Assembly: GCA_015520045.1 (NCBI GenBank)
Contig: WAQW01000018.1
Location: 16,380-80,379 of the forward strand
Reading direction: 5' to 3'
From: Thermoplasmata archaeon
GTDB lineage: Archaea; Thermoplasmatota; Thermoplasmata; Thermoplasmatales; Thermoplasmataceae
Length of the DNA stretch: 64,000 bases
Shown here: piece after piece, positions 8,865 through 19,336 of the stretch
How the letters are laid out: every line of letters begins with the position of its first letter
Numbering within the stretch: the first letter of the stretch is position 1
Notes under the pieces: model-generated
Databases searched by the model: none
What the model was told of the DNA's origin: nothing
The model's input: only the letters and a program-made list of their open reading frames with translations
Made by a program: the position numbers and the translations under genes

Positions 8865-10633
8865 AGTGTCACCGACCCCGAGAAGAACTGTCTGATAACA
8901 GGATGCATTTCCATTAGCTGTTCCTTACCCATGGCCTCATAGAACTGGATCACAATTCCAACCGCCAGCAAGAGACCGGTTCCGCTTGTGTTTCCCACAG
9001 TTCCAATGAGATCAGCGCCTGCTGCAAGCAAACCGACAGCAGCACCACTGAATATGGTTATGGCTGGTATGTACTTCTTAAGAACCCTCTCCATTATCCT
9101 GGGATCCCGCCGGAATCCGGGAATCTGCATCCCACTGCTCTGGATCTGCCTGGCAACAGCAGCTGGCCCCATGTTGGTGGTCTCGATCCAGAACTTAGCG
9201 AATATTATACTGGCAACCACCATGAACGTCAGGAAAGCGATCACATGGACCGCTTCCTGCAGCGGAGAGTGCCCAAAAAGCACATACTTAAAGGCCGATG
9301 GATTTGTGATGGGAAATACCCAGTCCTGAATACCTCTTGGAGTGGATAGATAATAGACGAGCCCGCCTGTTGGAGTGGTGGAAGAGATCAGATTCCCGTA
9401 CTTGGCAAACTGTGCTGGGGTGGGGTACGATCCCAGAAGAGCATTGTGGCCAAGAAGGGGAACATGGCTGAGAACCGGGGAGCTCCAGAAGAGAAGTGTC
9501 CACATGGATATGTTTGCAAGTAGTGCGGTGGCAAGTATAACCGGAATGTTAGAGGCATAGAAGAGCTGGATTGGATACCGTCCCCTGGCACCCCTGACAC
9601 GTTCATGGCTTATTGGAAGTTCAATCTTGCTGCTCTGGAAGTAGGCCACCAGCAGGAATATCAGTATCGTACCTATCAGGGCAATGATCGGATTCGGATT
9701 GGCGAAGAGTAAACGCTCAATTCCAACCCGGTTGAGGAATGACGACGGAGCTGTTGCCATGTACAGTATCTTTGGGATGGTACCGACCGGAGGATTGTTG
9801 AATGAAAGGGGAAGAGACATTGTCTGGGGAACCCAGTTGAATGCTCCGGTGAAGAGCTGCTGAGAAACACCAGCAGCGATAAACAGCGAAACACCGGATC
9901 CGATACCGTACTTCGATACCAGCTCATCGAATAGAAAGACCAGATAGGATCCGAGAAACAGCTGAAGTATTATAACAGATTCCGCAAGGAAAAATCCATA
10001 ACCAGGAGCTAGATGGTTCAAACCACCCACAAAACCGGCATCAGGAACGAGATAACCAAATGCCTGTGGAATGGCCTCAACGAAGATCATAAGAATTATA
10101 AGGAGCTTCTGCACACCCTGATACACAGCCTTATCTTCAGAGTTTTCCAGATCGAGGCTGAATATCTTTGCACCTGCAAAGAGCTGCATCACTATGCTCG
10201 CAGTAACAATCGGACCTATGCCCAGATCCATCAGCGAGCCCTGAGCACCCGCAAATATCGCCCTGAACGACTGGAAAACATCGATGCTCTTCGTGGTGTT
10301 GAGACCGTAAACATAAACATTGGTGAGAACGAAGTAGAGAACCACCACCAACCCTGTCCATAGGAGCTTGTACTTGAACTCCACGTGGCCCGTTGGTTTC
10401 TTCACTGCCGGCAAATAAGATGTTAACTTTTCAAGACCGTAGAGCTTGCTCTTCTTAGGCCCCTTGTAGCTTACCACCAGATAAAGAATGCCAAATAGCG
10501 GAAACAGCAGAATTGCAGCGATGATCTCAAATCCGAGGCCGTAGTGTCCGAAATAGTGGAAAGAAAACAGGAAGATAAAGTATACAATGGCCACTGGAAT
10601 AGCTGTTCTGGGATTTCTTTCAACCTCAGTCAT
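8861..10633 (-). CDS. secY: Preprotein translocase SecY
   Basis: LMDLGIGPIVTASIVMQL, GIGSGVSLFIAAGV, YPIQLFYASNIP, IPGFRRDPR and GTGLLLAVGI. Confidence 0.98.
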   Translation of the reverse strand: MTEVERNPRTAIPVAIVYFIFLFSFHYFGHYGLGFEIIAAILLFPLFGILYLVVSYKGPKKSKLYGLEKLTSYLPAVKKPTGHVEFKYKLLWTGLVVVLYFVLTNVYVYGLNTTKSIDVFQSFRAIFAGAQGSLMDLGIGPIVTASIVMQLFAGAKIFSLDLENSEDKAVYQGVQKLLIILMIFVEAIPQAFGYLVPDAGFVGGLNHLAPGYGFFLAESVIILQLFLGSYLVFLFDELVSKYGIGSGVSLFIAAGVSQQLFTGAFNWVPQTMSLPLSFNNPPVGTIPKILYMATAPSSFLNRVGIERLLFANPNPIIALIGTILIFLLVAYFQSSKIELPISHERVRGARGRYPIQLFYASNIPVILATALLANISMWTLLFWSSPVLSHVPLLGHNALLGSYPTPAQFAKYGNLISSTTPTGGLVYYLSTPRGIQDWVFPITNPSAFKYVLFGHSPLQEAVHVIAFLTFMVVASIIFAKFWIETTNMGPAAVARQIQSSGMQIPGFRRDPRIMERVLKKYIPAITIFSGAAVGLLAAGADLIGTVGNTSGTGLLLAVGIVIQFYEAMGKEQLMEMHPVIRQFFSGSVTL

Positions 10634-11045
10634 CAGTCTCTACCGTCGAGCCTGCAGCGGAGAGTTTCCTTATAGCTTTTTCGGTTGCGACGGGGATCTT
10701 AATGGTATATCTTCCATTTATCTCCCCGGATCCCAGAAGTTTCGTATAGCCAGCCCTCTTCAGATCAACCACCGTTGTGTCTCCATCAGTCACAAATCCC
10801 CTTTCCCTGAGATCTGAAAGCAGAACGGTGAGCTCGCGAAGTGATATGGATTTATGATTAGAAGGGTTGGGGGAAACAAACCCGTGCTTGCCCATGTGAT
10901 GGGGATCGTTCTTCACGAACCATATCCATTTATGCTTCCCAACACCGGCATTTCCTTTTCCTCCCTTTTTACCTTTGCCACGGCCGGCCTTCATTCCTCT
11001 TCCGTAATGAGTTCCCCTATATTTCTTAGTTCTCTCTCTCACCAT
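10626..11045 (-). CDS. rpl15: 50S ribosomal protein uL15
   Basis: RGTHYGRG..GGKGNAG.GKHK and KLLGSG. Confidence 0.96.
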   Translation of the reverse strand: MVRERTKKYRGTHYGRGMKAGRGKGKKGGKGNAGVGKHKWIWFVKNDPHHMGKHGFVSPNPSNHKSISLRELTVLLSDLRERGFVTDGDTTVVDLKRAGYTKLLGSGEINGRYTIKIPVATEKAIRKLSAAGSTVETDD

Positions 11046-11526
11046 TAAGATCAACTCCCGGTTTGAGCATCTTCAGGATCAGCGTGTTTATGGATTCTCC
11101 ACGATATCCGGAAGATCCTCCCTGACCGTAGGGTTTGCGTATACTCTCGTAACCTCCCCTAGGAGGGTGAAGCCTGAACACGGGTACGAAGGAATCTTTC
11201 AGCTTTGAGAGTTCAATCTCACCCTTCAGCAGGGCATCTGCAAGCTCTCTGAAGGAGGTTTTTCCAGTGTATTCCGCAATCTCCTTCTCGGTGGGTCTGT
11301 GGTGGCCCTTCATTAATAACCTATGCCTGAGAAGCGCTTCCAGTGTGGATGGATCAATCTCTCCCCATGTGATGTAGTCCTTGGCCTTTTCCAGCATACC
11401 CTTTACCTCTCGGTCATCCCTCAGCAGAACGAGATGATTTATCCTCGTAAGCCTGAGAAGCTTGGCTGTCTTTTCGATATCGTTTCGTACGCCTGTCCTG
11501 CCCCTAATCCTGATTGCCGCCAACAT
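11026..11526 (-). CDS. rpl30: 50S ribosomal protein uL30
   Basis: AAIRIRG, KDYITWGE, FRLHPPRGG and GYRG. Confidence 0.96.
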   Translation of the reverse strand: MLAAIRIRGRTGVRNDIEKTAKLLRLTRINHLVLLRDDREVKGMLEKAKDYITWGEIDPSTLEALLRHRLLMKGHHRPTEKEIAEYTGKTSFRELADALLKGEIELSKLKDSFVPVFRLHPPRGGYESIRKPYGQGGSSGYRGESINTLILKMLKPGVDLNGEREN

Positions 11527-12172
11527 CTCCAACACTTCCTAGATATATGGGTGTACTGAGTTTCATCTGATCGTTTACCTTCATTTTCGACGCCGAGACC
11601 AGAGCCTGAAAACAGGCCAGAGCATAGTTTACCGTTGTTTTGGTGTGGCCAGATGTAACACCCCAGGCATCCTCTATGCCTGCCAGCCTGAGGATGACCT
11701 TGGCTATATCGCCAACCGCTCTGCCAACACCTCGCGGTGCAGGTTTTATGGTAACCTTAACGGATCCTGATTTCCCTCGAACGAGAAATGGTACCGTGTG
11801 GGGTCTACCACAACCACATTCCCATGAACCACAACCTCGCCGTATCTCCACGATGTTCACCTTTGCATTGTTAATGGCCTTTCTTATGGCAGGTGCAGCC
11901 TCTTTTGCCCGGCCTCTGCCGACGCCCACAAAACCATTCTCGTTTCCAACCGCAACCGTGATGGAGAAATTCATCCTTCTTCCTGAATCCGTCATCCTTT
12001 GAGCTCGTTCCACGTACAGTATCTCATCCTTGAGATCTGGCAGAAGTATATCAACAATCTGGTACTCCTTCAGGGGGAGCTTCGTGGCAAGTGCCTCAGA
12101 CATTGTTGTTATCTTCCCATCAAGGACCATCCTTCCAAGTTCCGTCTTCGGAGTCCAAGTTTCTTCAGGCAT
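11504..12172 (-). CDS. rps5: 30S ribosomal protein uS5
   Basis: WTPKTELG, QRMTDSGRR, RRGCGSWECGCG and PAPRGVG. Confidence 0.98.
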   Translation of the reverse strand: MPEETWTPKTELGRMVLDGKITTMSEALATKLPLKEYQIVDILLPDLKDEILYVERAQRMTDSGRRMNFSITVAVGNENGFVGVGRGRAKEAAPAIRKAINNAKVNIVEIRRGCGSWECGCGRPHTVPFLVRGKSGSVKVTIKPAPRGVGRAVGDIAKVILRLAGIEDAWGVTSGHTKTTVNYALACFQALVSASKMKVNDQMKLSTPIYLGSVGDVGGNQD

Positions 12173-12654
12173 TAGAGTACCTCCAGCTTTTTGATAAACT
12201 CATCAAAATTGTTTGAGAGATCTTTTTTCAAGTGTTTACCCCTTATTCTGTCATCCGATGGCAGTATCTCCTCACTGTGGGGAATTTCAACGCCTGAATC
12301 AGAGAATCCCTTCAAAGCAGCAGCGATCCTCCCACCTGGAATGACCTCACGCCTTCCGGCATCCAGGATCGCTCTTTTCACACCCAGTGACATGGCTTTC
12401 TTTCCGGCTGCATACCCCACCATGTAAGAAATCGATGTGTTGTTGCCCTTGAGCGGCACATCAAACTTTGAAAGTGAGCGATCCGTCACGGTGACAAGGA
12501 TCCTGTCACCGGTCGGATCGTACCTAACAACCTGGGCAATGACACCCTTTCGGGTGATACGCACGACAAGACGCGGGATACCAGACTTGAGGAGTCTGTA
12601 TCTCTTTCGGTAATCTGTGATACCAAGCCTCTTTCTCTTCAGAATAGACGACAT
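12172..12654 (-). CDS. rpl18: 50S ribosomal protein uL18
   Basis: TDYRKRYRLL, RLVVR and ALKGF.D.G.EIPH. Confidence 0.96.
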   Translation of the reverse strand: MSSILKRKRLGITDYRKRYRLLKSGIPRLVVRITRKGVIAQVVRYDPTGDRILVTVTDRSLSKFDVPLKGNNTSISYMVGYAAGKKAMSLGVKRAILDAGRREVIPGGRIAAALKGFSDSGVEIPHSEEILPSDDRIRGKHLKKDLSNNFDEFIKKLEVL

Positions 12655-13109
12655 CAGTTGGATTCACCTCTTGTTGATAGGGTTTTAAGATGAGATCTTA
12701 GCTGGGCCCGTGAACGTATTGTTCCGCCTTTTATGAACCGATATGCGGTTCTGTAAGTCTTTGCATCTATCTCGCCTTTCTCACGGAGTTCCCTCAACTC
12801 CTGCCTCAACGGCCTGATCACCATGATCCAGCGCCTCTTTCGGGGAAGCCTCGCATATTTGGTGCCTTTCAGAGAACCGGGGCCACGTCTCCTGTTCTTG
12901 GAAAGCTGTCTTATCCTTTTCTTGAGGCGGAAATTCGAGTTGCCCTTCTTGGGCTTAACCTGAATAACGTGCCTGTTAATAAGGGACTGCACATCGGAAC
13001 GGGTTGCGGCATCTGCAATCTCCTCCAGGCTATTGCTATCTATCCATATTCTCGATTCTCCAACTTTGAGCCTCTGCGAAGCAATGCGTCTAACGGTCGA
13101 TACTTTCAT
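12654..13109 (-). CDS. rpl19e: 50S ribosomal protein L19e
   Basis: [18 protein letters not shown] and W...IRPLR. Confidence 0.97.
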   Translation of the reverse strand: MKVSTVRRIASQRLKVGESRIWIDSNSLEEIADAATRSDVQSLINRHVIQVKPKKGNSNFRLKKRIRQLSKNRRRGPGSLKGTKYARLPRKRRWIMVIRPLRQELRELREKGEIDAKTYRTAYRFIKGGTIRSRAQLRSHLKTLSTRGESN

Positions 13110-13516
13110 CTGGTCACCCGCCTGTTGAGAATTCTCACACCAATCTCGAGAGCTCTCTCTTCTATCAGTTTTCTTTTCCTCCTTCCAACGGAGGATGCAA
13201 TTCTACCAGCATCCCGTGAAGGGTCAAGAGCCTCAAGCTCCCTGACATTATGAATGAGCACATCCCTGAAACCGGATGGGTGAAGGCCTCTCACCTTTTT
13301 CGGACCACGATAGCCAGCGTCAACCACGGGAGGCCTTCTGGCCAGATGTTCTCTCATTTTGGAGTGCTTACCTCTGGGCTTTCTCCACTCCTCACCAAAT
13401 TTCTTGTATCTGAACCACTCCTGCCTTCGAAACTCGACCCTGGTTCTGGCCATTCTGTTCTTTATTTTCAGCAACCTCTTCTCTTCCTGGCTGAGGGAAG
13501 GTTTTGGATCACTCAT
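13106..13516 (-). CDS. rpl32e: 50S ribosomal protein L32e
   Basis: [10 protein letters not shown] and RGLHPSG. Confidence 0.97.
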   Translation of the reverse strand: MSDPKPSLSQEEKRLLKIKNRMARTRVEFRRQEWFRYKKFGEEWRKPRGKHSKMREHLARRPPVVDAGYRGPKKVRGLHPSGFRDVLIHNVRELEALDPSRDAGRIASSVGRRKRKLIEERALEIGVRILNRRVTR

Positions 13517-14051
13517 TCAGTTTACCCCCGATTATGAAGACACCGTCCTGAAAAACCCTGGGATCAAACCCCTTAATCTTGGTTGCCCGTTCAATATTTG
13601 CAGCCGTATCTCCCAGCTGCTGTTTGTCAACACCCTCGATGATGACTCTATCACCCTTGACAGTGACCTTAGAGTTACCAACGATCTTCGCTCTTCGCGA
13701 TGATCTCTCACCGAGGAAATTCTCTATGACGACCTCATTTCCCCTTACCATAACTCTCATGGGGTAGTGAGAGTAATCGATCTTCATTTCGTAGGTGTAT
13801 CCATGAGTAACACCTTCAATCGATTTGCGGATGAGGGATTCCCACGTGCTGACGATCGCCAGTGTCTTCCTGTTTTCCTTGCTGGACTGAATCTTCACGG
13901 TTCTGCCATCCAGCTGTATCCGAACATAGTTGTAGATGTATTTCCTGATGATGCTTCCTTTTGGGCCATCGATTGTCAGATTGGCCCCTTCTAACTTCAC
14001 ATCGACACCCTCAGGAAATTCAACTGAAGCTTTTTCTTTCCAGTTTATCAT
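13509..14051 (-). CDS. rpl6: 50S ribosomal protein uL6
   Basis: YSHYPM, IENFLGE and DPRVFQDG. Confidence 0.97.
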   Translation of the reverse strand: MINWKEKASVEFPEGVDVKLEGANLTIDGPKGSIIRKYIYNYVRIQLDGRTVKIQSSKENRKTLAIVSTWESLIRKSIEGVTHGYTYEMKIDYSHYPMRVMVRGNEVVIENFLGERSSRRAKIVGNSKVTVKGDRVIIEGVDKQQLGDTAANIERATKIKGFDPRVFQDGVFIIGGKLNE

Positions 14052-14059
14052 ATTGCACC

Positions 14060-14449
14060 TCAATACACATAAGCAAGCAACTTTCCGCCAACACCACTTT
14101 GACGAGCCTCGCGGTGACTCATCACGCCATTCGTCGTCGTGAGTATAAGGATTCCGAAATCCTGTGCGGGAAGGAACCTCGATTCGAATGAGTTCAGTTC
14201 TGTTTTACGCACAGAGAGGCGTGGTTTGATAACACCACAGTTGTTTATTGTGTCATTGATCTCTATGCTGAACTTCCCTCCCCTGTTGTCCTCAATGACC
14301 TCAAAGCTCTTTATATAGTTATAATCCTGCATCACTTTCAGCACTCTCCCGATCAACCTGGCAGCAGGCCTCACCTCGATGTGCCTTATTCCTATTCGCG
14401 ACGCATTCTTGATATTGTTTATAACATCATTTAGAGGATCGTGCTTCAC
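14060..14449 (-). CDS. rps8: 30S ribosomal protein uS8
   Basis: DPLND, CGVIKPR, LPAQDFG and GGKLLAYVY; GTG start after GAGGTGA. Confidence 0.97.
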   Translation of the reverse strand: MKHDPLNDVINNIKNASRIGIRHIEVRPAARLIGRVLKVMQDYNYIKSFEVIEDNRGGKFSIEINDTINNCGVIKPRLSVRKTELNSFESRFLPAQDFGILILTTTNGVMSHREARQSGVGGKLLAYVY

Positions 14450-14459
14450 CTTTCTCACC

Positions 14460-14621
14460 TCAACTGTATTTCCTAAAGCCCAGCTCAGGAGCTACTTCCC
14501 TAAAACACTGTCTGCACAATCTTATCCCGTACCGTCTGATCAGACCTCTCTTCCTTCCACAGCGCTGGCATCCATCCTTGCGGCCGAAATCCTTTTTGGG
14601 TGCTAATTTAACCTGAGCCAT
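14460..14621 (-). CDS. rps14: 30S ribosomal protein uS14 (not in ORF track)
   Basis: Hand translation [53 protein letters not shown]. Confidence 0.97.
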   Translation of the reverse strand: MAQVKLAPKKDFGRKDGCQRCGRKRGLIRRYGIRLCRQCFREVAPELGFRKYS

Positions 14622-15133
14622 TATTTAACCAACTCCACATTGAACTTATCGCGTAGGAATTCCACAGCTTCCTCCTTTTTGATCAGGAGACTGCTGGGTA
14701 ACCTGTGGCGACCAATCTTCCTCTTGCTAACCCTGAAACCGCCTCTTCGTTTCAGTATAACCGCAACGTCCATACCGAAGATTCCAATATCCGGGTCGTA
14801 TTTCATCCCTTCAAAATTCGTGTAGTCCGAGATTCCAAAATAGGCATTTCCCTGCATGTCGAAAGAGTATTCGGATATCTTGTAGTCTCTGGCGTAAAGA
14901 GCCCTCTTCAGGAATTCCTCGGCCCTCTTCTTTCTGAGGGTCACCTTAACTCCGATAGTGAGACCTTTTCTGATGTTGAAATCACGAATTGTCTTCTCGG
15001 ATGTTGTCTGGACCGGTTTCTGCGATGTGAGAAGCTCTATAACTTTGCTGGCCCTCAGAAGCCTGTCGCCGGCCTGACCGACTCCTATGTTGAGAACAAC
15101 CTTATCTATGACCAGTTCCCTCATAGCATTCAT
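14621..15133 (-). CDS. rpl5: 50S ribosomal protein uL5
   Basis: [16 protein letters not shown] and [11 protein letters not shown]. Confidence 0.98.
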   Translation of the reverse strand: MNAMRELVIDKVVLNIGVGQAGDRLLRASKVIELLTSQKPVQTTSEKTIRDFNIRKGLTIGVKVTLRKKRAEEFLKRALYARDYKISEYSFDMQGNAYFGISDYTNFEGMKYDPDIGIFGMDVAVILKRRGGFRVSKRKIGRHRLPSSLLIKKEEAVEFLRDKFNVELVK

Positions 15134-15843
15134 GGCCAGAGCACCTCCGGTATACTGTAGTAATCTTCACCGTATCCTATTGTGAAGACGTAATCAGAGA
15201 GGGTTGAGAAACCTTCATCGAATGATATCATGTTCGCCTTCGAGGAACTTTTTACCGTTATGTCCTTTATGGTAGCGATCTGGCCAACATGTGAACCACC
15301 AGTGAGGTACACCTTAGATCCAACCTTCATAGGATATACAGATAGTATTCCACGTCTGGTGAGATCAAATTTCACGACGTCACCCGTCTTGATATTCTCC
15401 TGACCCCCGTAAATTATATTCGTTCCATCGTGGAAAGATATCTGGGTTCTTCCGCCCTTAATCGTGTGTTTATTTTTCACCTTGAGCAGTTTAATTGATG
15501 CATTGCTCTCATTCTCTCGAGCTATTGCAAGAAATCCTCCCTTTGAATAGAGCACCCGGTAATTCTCCCCAATCGGGGCAATTGATATCACATCCATAAA
15601 GCCAATTGAGAATCTCCTCTCCTTGACAACCCTTCCATCGACCTTGACCAGCCCCTTGGTCAGAATTCTTGTGATCTCTCGTTCCTTGTCACCGAGGTGA
15701 AGATAATCCCTCAACACGGTAAGAAGGGAGACTGAGCTTTCAGTGGGATATTTCCCGGGAGAAACGCTGGGACCCCAGAAAAATCTCTTCCGCGGGATCT
15801 TAACCGACCTTGGAAGGTCCAACCTCTTAGTTTTCAGTATCAT
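15130..15843 (-). CDS. rps4e: 30S ribosomal protein S4e
   Basis: LRDYL, VKVDGRV...GFMDVI and HDGTN. Confidence 0.96.
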   Translation of the reverse strand: MILKTKRLDLPRSVKIPRKRFFWGPSVSPGKYPTESSVSLLTVLRDYLHLGDKEREITRILTKGLVKVDGRVVKERRFSIGFMDVISIAPIGENYRVLYSKGGFLAIARENESNASIKLLKVKNKHTIKGGRTQISFHDGTNIIYGGQENIKTGDVVKFDLTRRGILSVYPMKVGSKVYLTGGSHVGQIATIKDITVKSSSKANMISFDEGFSTLSDYVFTIGYGEDYYSIPEVLWP

Positions 15844-16363
15844 GATCGTTATCCTCCTTTACATTTTCAGCCTCTTCGCCTGAGTCTTGCGCCATATCCT
15901 CGGTTGAATCTTCATCCTCATCCACCGGGATAACTTCTTCGGCTTCTTCATTTTCTCCTGAAGATGTGCCTTCTTCAACCTCCTCTTCCTCGGCCCTCTT
16001 GGATTCTTCTTCCTGCTCCCTGCGGTCCTCCTCTATCTGTTCTTCTATCGCGATCTTCTTCTTGGCCGCAAGGTTCTTTAGCTGCTCAATTCTATCTTTT
16101 CGGGAGAGATCGAATCTCTGTATACGCAGTTTCTCAGGCCTCAACCAGGTTTCAACGGCCTTACCATCTGCCTTTGTGGCAGTTATACCTTCCACTGAAA
16201 CCAACGAGTATCTGTGATCTACCTCGACAACCTTTCCACCCTCTCCCTTGAGAGCTCCAGATTTCACCGTTACGATATCACCCTTTACAACGGGGAAGGA
16301 TCTCAATCCGTACTTTTTCCTCAGATCCTTACTGAGTGCCACCTTGACCCTGTTTTTAATCAT
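15827..16363 (-). CDS. rpl24: 50S ribosomal protein uL24 with acidic C-terminal extension
   Basis: LSKDLRKKYGLRSFPVVKGD.V and a KOW motif, followed by an E/D-rich tail. Confidence 0.93.
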   Translation of the reverse strand: MIKNRVKVALSKDLRKKYGLRSFPVVKGDIVTVKSGALKGEGGKVVEVDHRYSLVSVEGITATKADGKAVETWLRPEKLRIQRFDLSRKDRIEQLKNLAAKKKIAIEEQIEEDRREQEEESKRAEEEEVEEGTSSGENEEAEEVIPVDEDEDSTEDMAQDSGEEAENVKEDNDHDTEN

Positions 16364-16373
16364 ATCTGATACC

Positions 16374-16772
16374 TCACACAATTGTTGATGCTATGGATGC
16401 TATTCTGGGCCATCTCTCAGCGGCCTCCCTGGCGACGGGCCCCTTGATCTCAGAGCCCCTTATCTCACCTTCAGGTGTTACAATGACAGCAGCGTTGTCC
16501 TCAAACTGGACCATTAATCCATCAGATCTTCTGAAGGGGCGCCTCTGGCGTATAACGACCGCATACACCACCTTTCTCTTCATCTCGGGTGAACCGCTCT
16601 TAACACTTGCAATGAACATATCACCTACACCTGCAGCTGGAATCCGCCTCGCAACACCGTGATAGGCCTTCACACCTATGAGTGAGACTATCTTTGCACC
16701 TGTGTTGTCAGCACATGGTATGGTTGCTCCCAGAGGGAGACCTCTCTGCTGCCTTCCACTTATACCCTTCAT
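16374..16772 (-). CDS. rpl14: 50S ribosomal protein uL14
   Basis: CADNTGAK, FEDNAAVIV and GPVAREAAERWP. Confidence 0.98.
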   Translation of the reverse strand: MKGISGRQQRGLPLGATIPCADNTGAKIVSLIGVKAYHGVARRIPAAGVGDMFIASVKSGSPEMKRKVVYAVVIRQRRPFRRSDGLMVQFEDNAAVIVTPEGEIRGSEIKGPVAREAAERWPRIASIASTIV

Positions 16773-17095
16773 CTTACCACCTTCTCAACCACTATGAAGG
16801 AGACTGTCTTGGCAAGTTTTCTGGACTCCGCTATCTTGACCTCATCGCCAACCCTGATATCGATACACTCTGGAACATGCGCGTGGTATTTTCTGAACCT
16901 TGTGATGTACCTTTCGTACTTCTTGTTGAATCGCCTGATGGTGCGCACTATTGTTGCAGTCCTTATCATGTTCGTCGAGACAACCTTTCCTGTGAGAACC
17001 TGTCCCCTAACGGTGACGTGGCCGTGAAATGGGCACTTTTTATCGTTGCAGGTTCTTGACGGTTGCGCTACGGCTATTCCTATGTTGCTCTTCAT
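16769..17095 (-). CDS. rps17: 30S ribosomal protein uS17
   Basis: CNDKKCPFHG, KYERY and AHVPEC. Confidence 0.97.
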   Translation of the reverse strand: MKSNIGIAVAQPSRTCNDKKCPFHGHVTVRGQVLTGKVVSTNMIRTATIVRTIRRFNKKYERYITRFRKYHAHVPECIDIRVGDEVKIAESRKLAKTVSFIVVEKVVR

Positions 17096-17388
17096 TTAAC
17101 CATTCTCCTCAGATTTTTCAGTATACGACGGTATTGCTTCAACCTCTCCTCTGGTCTGAATCTTATGGCATCGCCATATATATCCACGGTTGAACCTGGA
17201 AATGCCACCCTGAATATCCTACCTTGCTTCGGGATCACCCTGAGGCCTTTTTCATCTCTCAGATGAATTGTGTTCTTCGTCTCATCGACAATCAGTCCAC
17301 TCAGGCCAAGATCGCACCTATTTGTGCTAGATATGACAGCAGCGCGATTGCCCACGAAATCATAAAAATAAAGATCCTGAAGCTTCAT
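17092..17388 (-). CDS. rnp1: Ribonuclease P protein component 1 (Rpp29/POP4)
   Basis: G.SGLIVDETKNT, IPK and RPEER; conserved position in the operon. Confidence 0.93.
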   Translation of the reverse strand: MKLQDLYFYDFVGNRAAVISSTNRCDLGLSGLIVDETKNTIHLRDEKGLRVIPKQGRIFRVAFPGSTVDIYGDAIRFRPEERLKQYRRILKNLRRMVK

Positions 17389-17684
17389 ACGACCTCTACC
17401 TTGAATCCCATGTCCTCAAGTTCTTTTTTCACTTTTTCCCTGTGATCCCCCTGCAGTTCGATTATCCGCCTGTCCTTGACCGTTCCACCGGCCGCAACTT
17501 TCTTTTTAAGCATCTTTGCAATCTCAAGAACATTTTCTGATTTCGGATCGATGCCTTCAACTATAGTCACGTGTTTGCCGTATCTTCTCCTGTCCACACT
17601 TATACGCACAGACTGGCTATCACGGTTAAATCCCTCCCAGGGCTGAAGCTCCTTGGGAATCCCGGTGAAGTTCTTGTCCTTCAT
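17385..17684 (-). CDS. sui1: Translation initiation factor aIF1/SUI1
   Basis: RRYGKHVTIVEG, LKK..AAGGTVK and IELQGDHR. Confidence 0.96.
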   Translation of the reverse strand: MKDKNFTGIPKELQPWEGFNRDSQSVRISVDRRRYGKHVTIVEGIDPKSENVLEIAKMLKKKVAAGGTVKDRRIIELQGDHREKVKKELEDMGFKVEVV

Positions 17685-17884
17685 TCGTTTATTTCCTCCT
17701 CAGCCATTATGGTCAGAAGACGTGCTATCTGCCTCTTCACAGAGCGCATCAGGCCCGGGCTCTTGGGAGCTCCTCCCATGGCGACAGAGGCTCTCTCCTT
17801 GAGCAGTGTTTCCTTGAGAGATTCAAGAGCTTTCTCCTTTTCCTCACGACTCATTTCCCTAATTTTCTTTGCTGTCAGTTCCAT
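17681..17884 (-). CDS. rpl29: 50S ribosomal protein uL29
   Basis: IREMS...GG.P..PG...[10 protein letters not shown]. Confidence 0.96.
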   Translation of the reverse strand: MELTAKKIREMSREEKEKALESLKETLLKERASVAMGGAPKSPGLMRSVKRQIARLLTIMAEEEINE

Positions 17885-18881
17885 TTACTTCCTCCGATGC
17901 TTTATTCTCAGGTTTCTGAGAACTGTCCTTTGCCTTGCTGGCATCAGACTTCACATCTTTTTCAGAATTTTCTTCCTTCTTGCTCTCCTTCAGATCCTTC
18001 TTGGTGGCTTTGGAACCGGTTTTTTTAGAGCGCGATTTTGTCGTTGACTTCTTCTCTTTTGTTGCTTTTGTTTTCTTCCCCTTTTCCTTCTTAGTTTTGT
18101 CCCTCTTTGATGCCTCTTCTACCTTCTCCTCATCGCCCTTTTTAGGCTCTGCAGGTTTCTCTGGTTCCAGCTTCTCTTCAACCTTCAGCATCTCCTTCTC
18201 TTTTGCCACCTCAGGTGAGATTTCAGTCTCTGCGACTTCTGGAGCCTTCTCCACTCTTTCCGGTTCGGTGGATTCAGAAATGATCTCCTTCACCGGAAGG
18301 ATGGATATGTCATCGGGAAGCCTGTATTTACTATCAAGGAATTTTACCGTAACACCAATGACACCCTGCTTCATTTTGGCTATTGAGAATCCCTTACTCA
18401 TTGCGGCCCGCCCTGGTTCTCCTGAATATTTGACCGATCCGTAAAAAAACTTTTGCGTGCGAGAACGCTCTCCGCTCAATTTCCCGCTGATCTTGATAAG
18501 TACTCCCTTGGCTCCTTTGTCCACGGCCCTCATAAGAGATGTGTTGCCGGCCTTTCTGTAGGACCAGCCTTTCTCCAGAGAGAGGGAGATCTTCTTGGAA
18601 ACGACCTGAGGATTGAGGTCTGGTTCCTCCGCCTCCTTGACCTCTATCTGTGGAGATTCTATGTCGTATTCCCTCTCCATTGTCTGCGTTATCTCCTGAA
18701 TCTTGCTACCTCTTCTCCCTATGACAAGCCCCGGTTTATTTACCTCGAGGACAACATTGGTCCCAAAGGGCGTTCTCTTCATGGTAAGGTTACCAAATCC
18801 GGCGTTCTCCGTCTCTCTGCGGATGAATTCCGTAACAAGAAGCTTCTTGACAGCCTCAGCAATAAATTTCTTTTCCTTCAT
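17859..18881 (-). CDS. rps3: 30S ribosomal protein uS3 with long K/E-rich tail
   Basis: KH domain [14 protein letters not shown] and GVIGVTV, then about 145 aa of low-complexity tail. Confidence 0.96.
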   Translation of the reverse strand: MKEKKFIAEAVKKLLVTEFIRRETENAGFGNLTMKRTPFGTNVVLEVNKPGLVIGRRGSKIQEITQTMEREYDIESPQIEVKEAEEPDLNPQVVSKKISLSLEKGWSYRKAGNTSLMRAVDKGAKGVLIKISGKLSGERSRTQKFFYGSVKYSGEPGRAAMSKGFSIAKMKQGVIGVTVKFLDSKYRLPDDISILPVKEIISESTEPERVEKAPEVAETEISPEVAKEKEMLKVEEKLEPEKPAEPKKGDEEKVEEASKRDKTKKEKGKKTKATKEKKSTTKSRSKKTGSKATKKDLKESKKEENSEKDVKSDASKAKDSSQKPENKASEEVNGTDSKEN

Positions 18882-19330
18882 GCCTGTTCCTCCTCAAGAA
18901 CAACCTCAAGGGTTATCAAATCCCTGTTTAATCCACCGGAACGGCCATATGCCTTTGGCGTGTAATTCTTAATCATTCTTCCCTTATAGGCTGATATATG
19001 AACGATGACAAGGTTTCCCGTATCGAGATTCTTGAACTCAGCGTTGGCCTCCGCATTGTCCAAAACATCTCTAAACGCTTTTAGGGCCTTTACAGGGAAT
19101 CTTCCCGGACCGACTTTTCCCTTTCTGTGTGAGACCGAATCCAGGTACCTGAAATAAGGTATCGGAATCTCTTTCTTTATAGCCCTGTCAATTATCTCCC
19201 GGGCGTGTGTCAGCTTCTTCCCCCTCAAATGGTGGGCTATGTTGACCGAGTCTTTGAGTGAGATGTTCAGGTCAACGCCCTTTGCAATGGCACTCTTTTC
19301 CCCTATTTCCTTTATAGAATAGCCCTTCAT
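18878..19330 (-). CDS. rpl22: 50S ribosomal protein uL22
   Basis: [19 protein letters not shown] and PKAYGR. Confidence 0.97.
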   Translation of the reverse strand: MKGYSIKEIGEKSAIAKGVDLNISLKDSVNIAHHLRGKKLTHAREIIDRAIKKEIPIPYFRYLDSVSHRKGKVGPGRFPVKALKAFRDVLDNAEANAEFKNLDTGNLVIVHISAYKGRMIKNYTPKAYGRSGGLNRDLITLEVVLEEEQA

Positions 19331-19336
19331 CTTACA

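Noticed and set aside
17571..18965. Plus-strand S/F-rich ORFs opposite rps3
   Set aside because: Reverse complement of the K/E-rich low-complexity tail.
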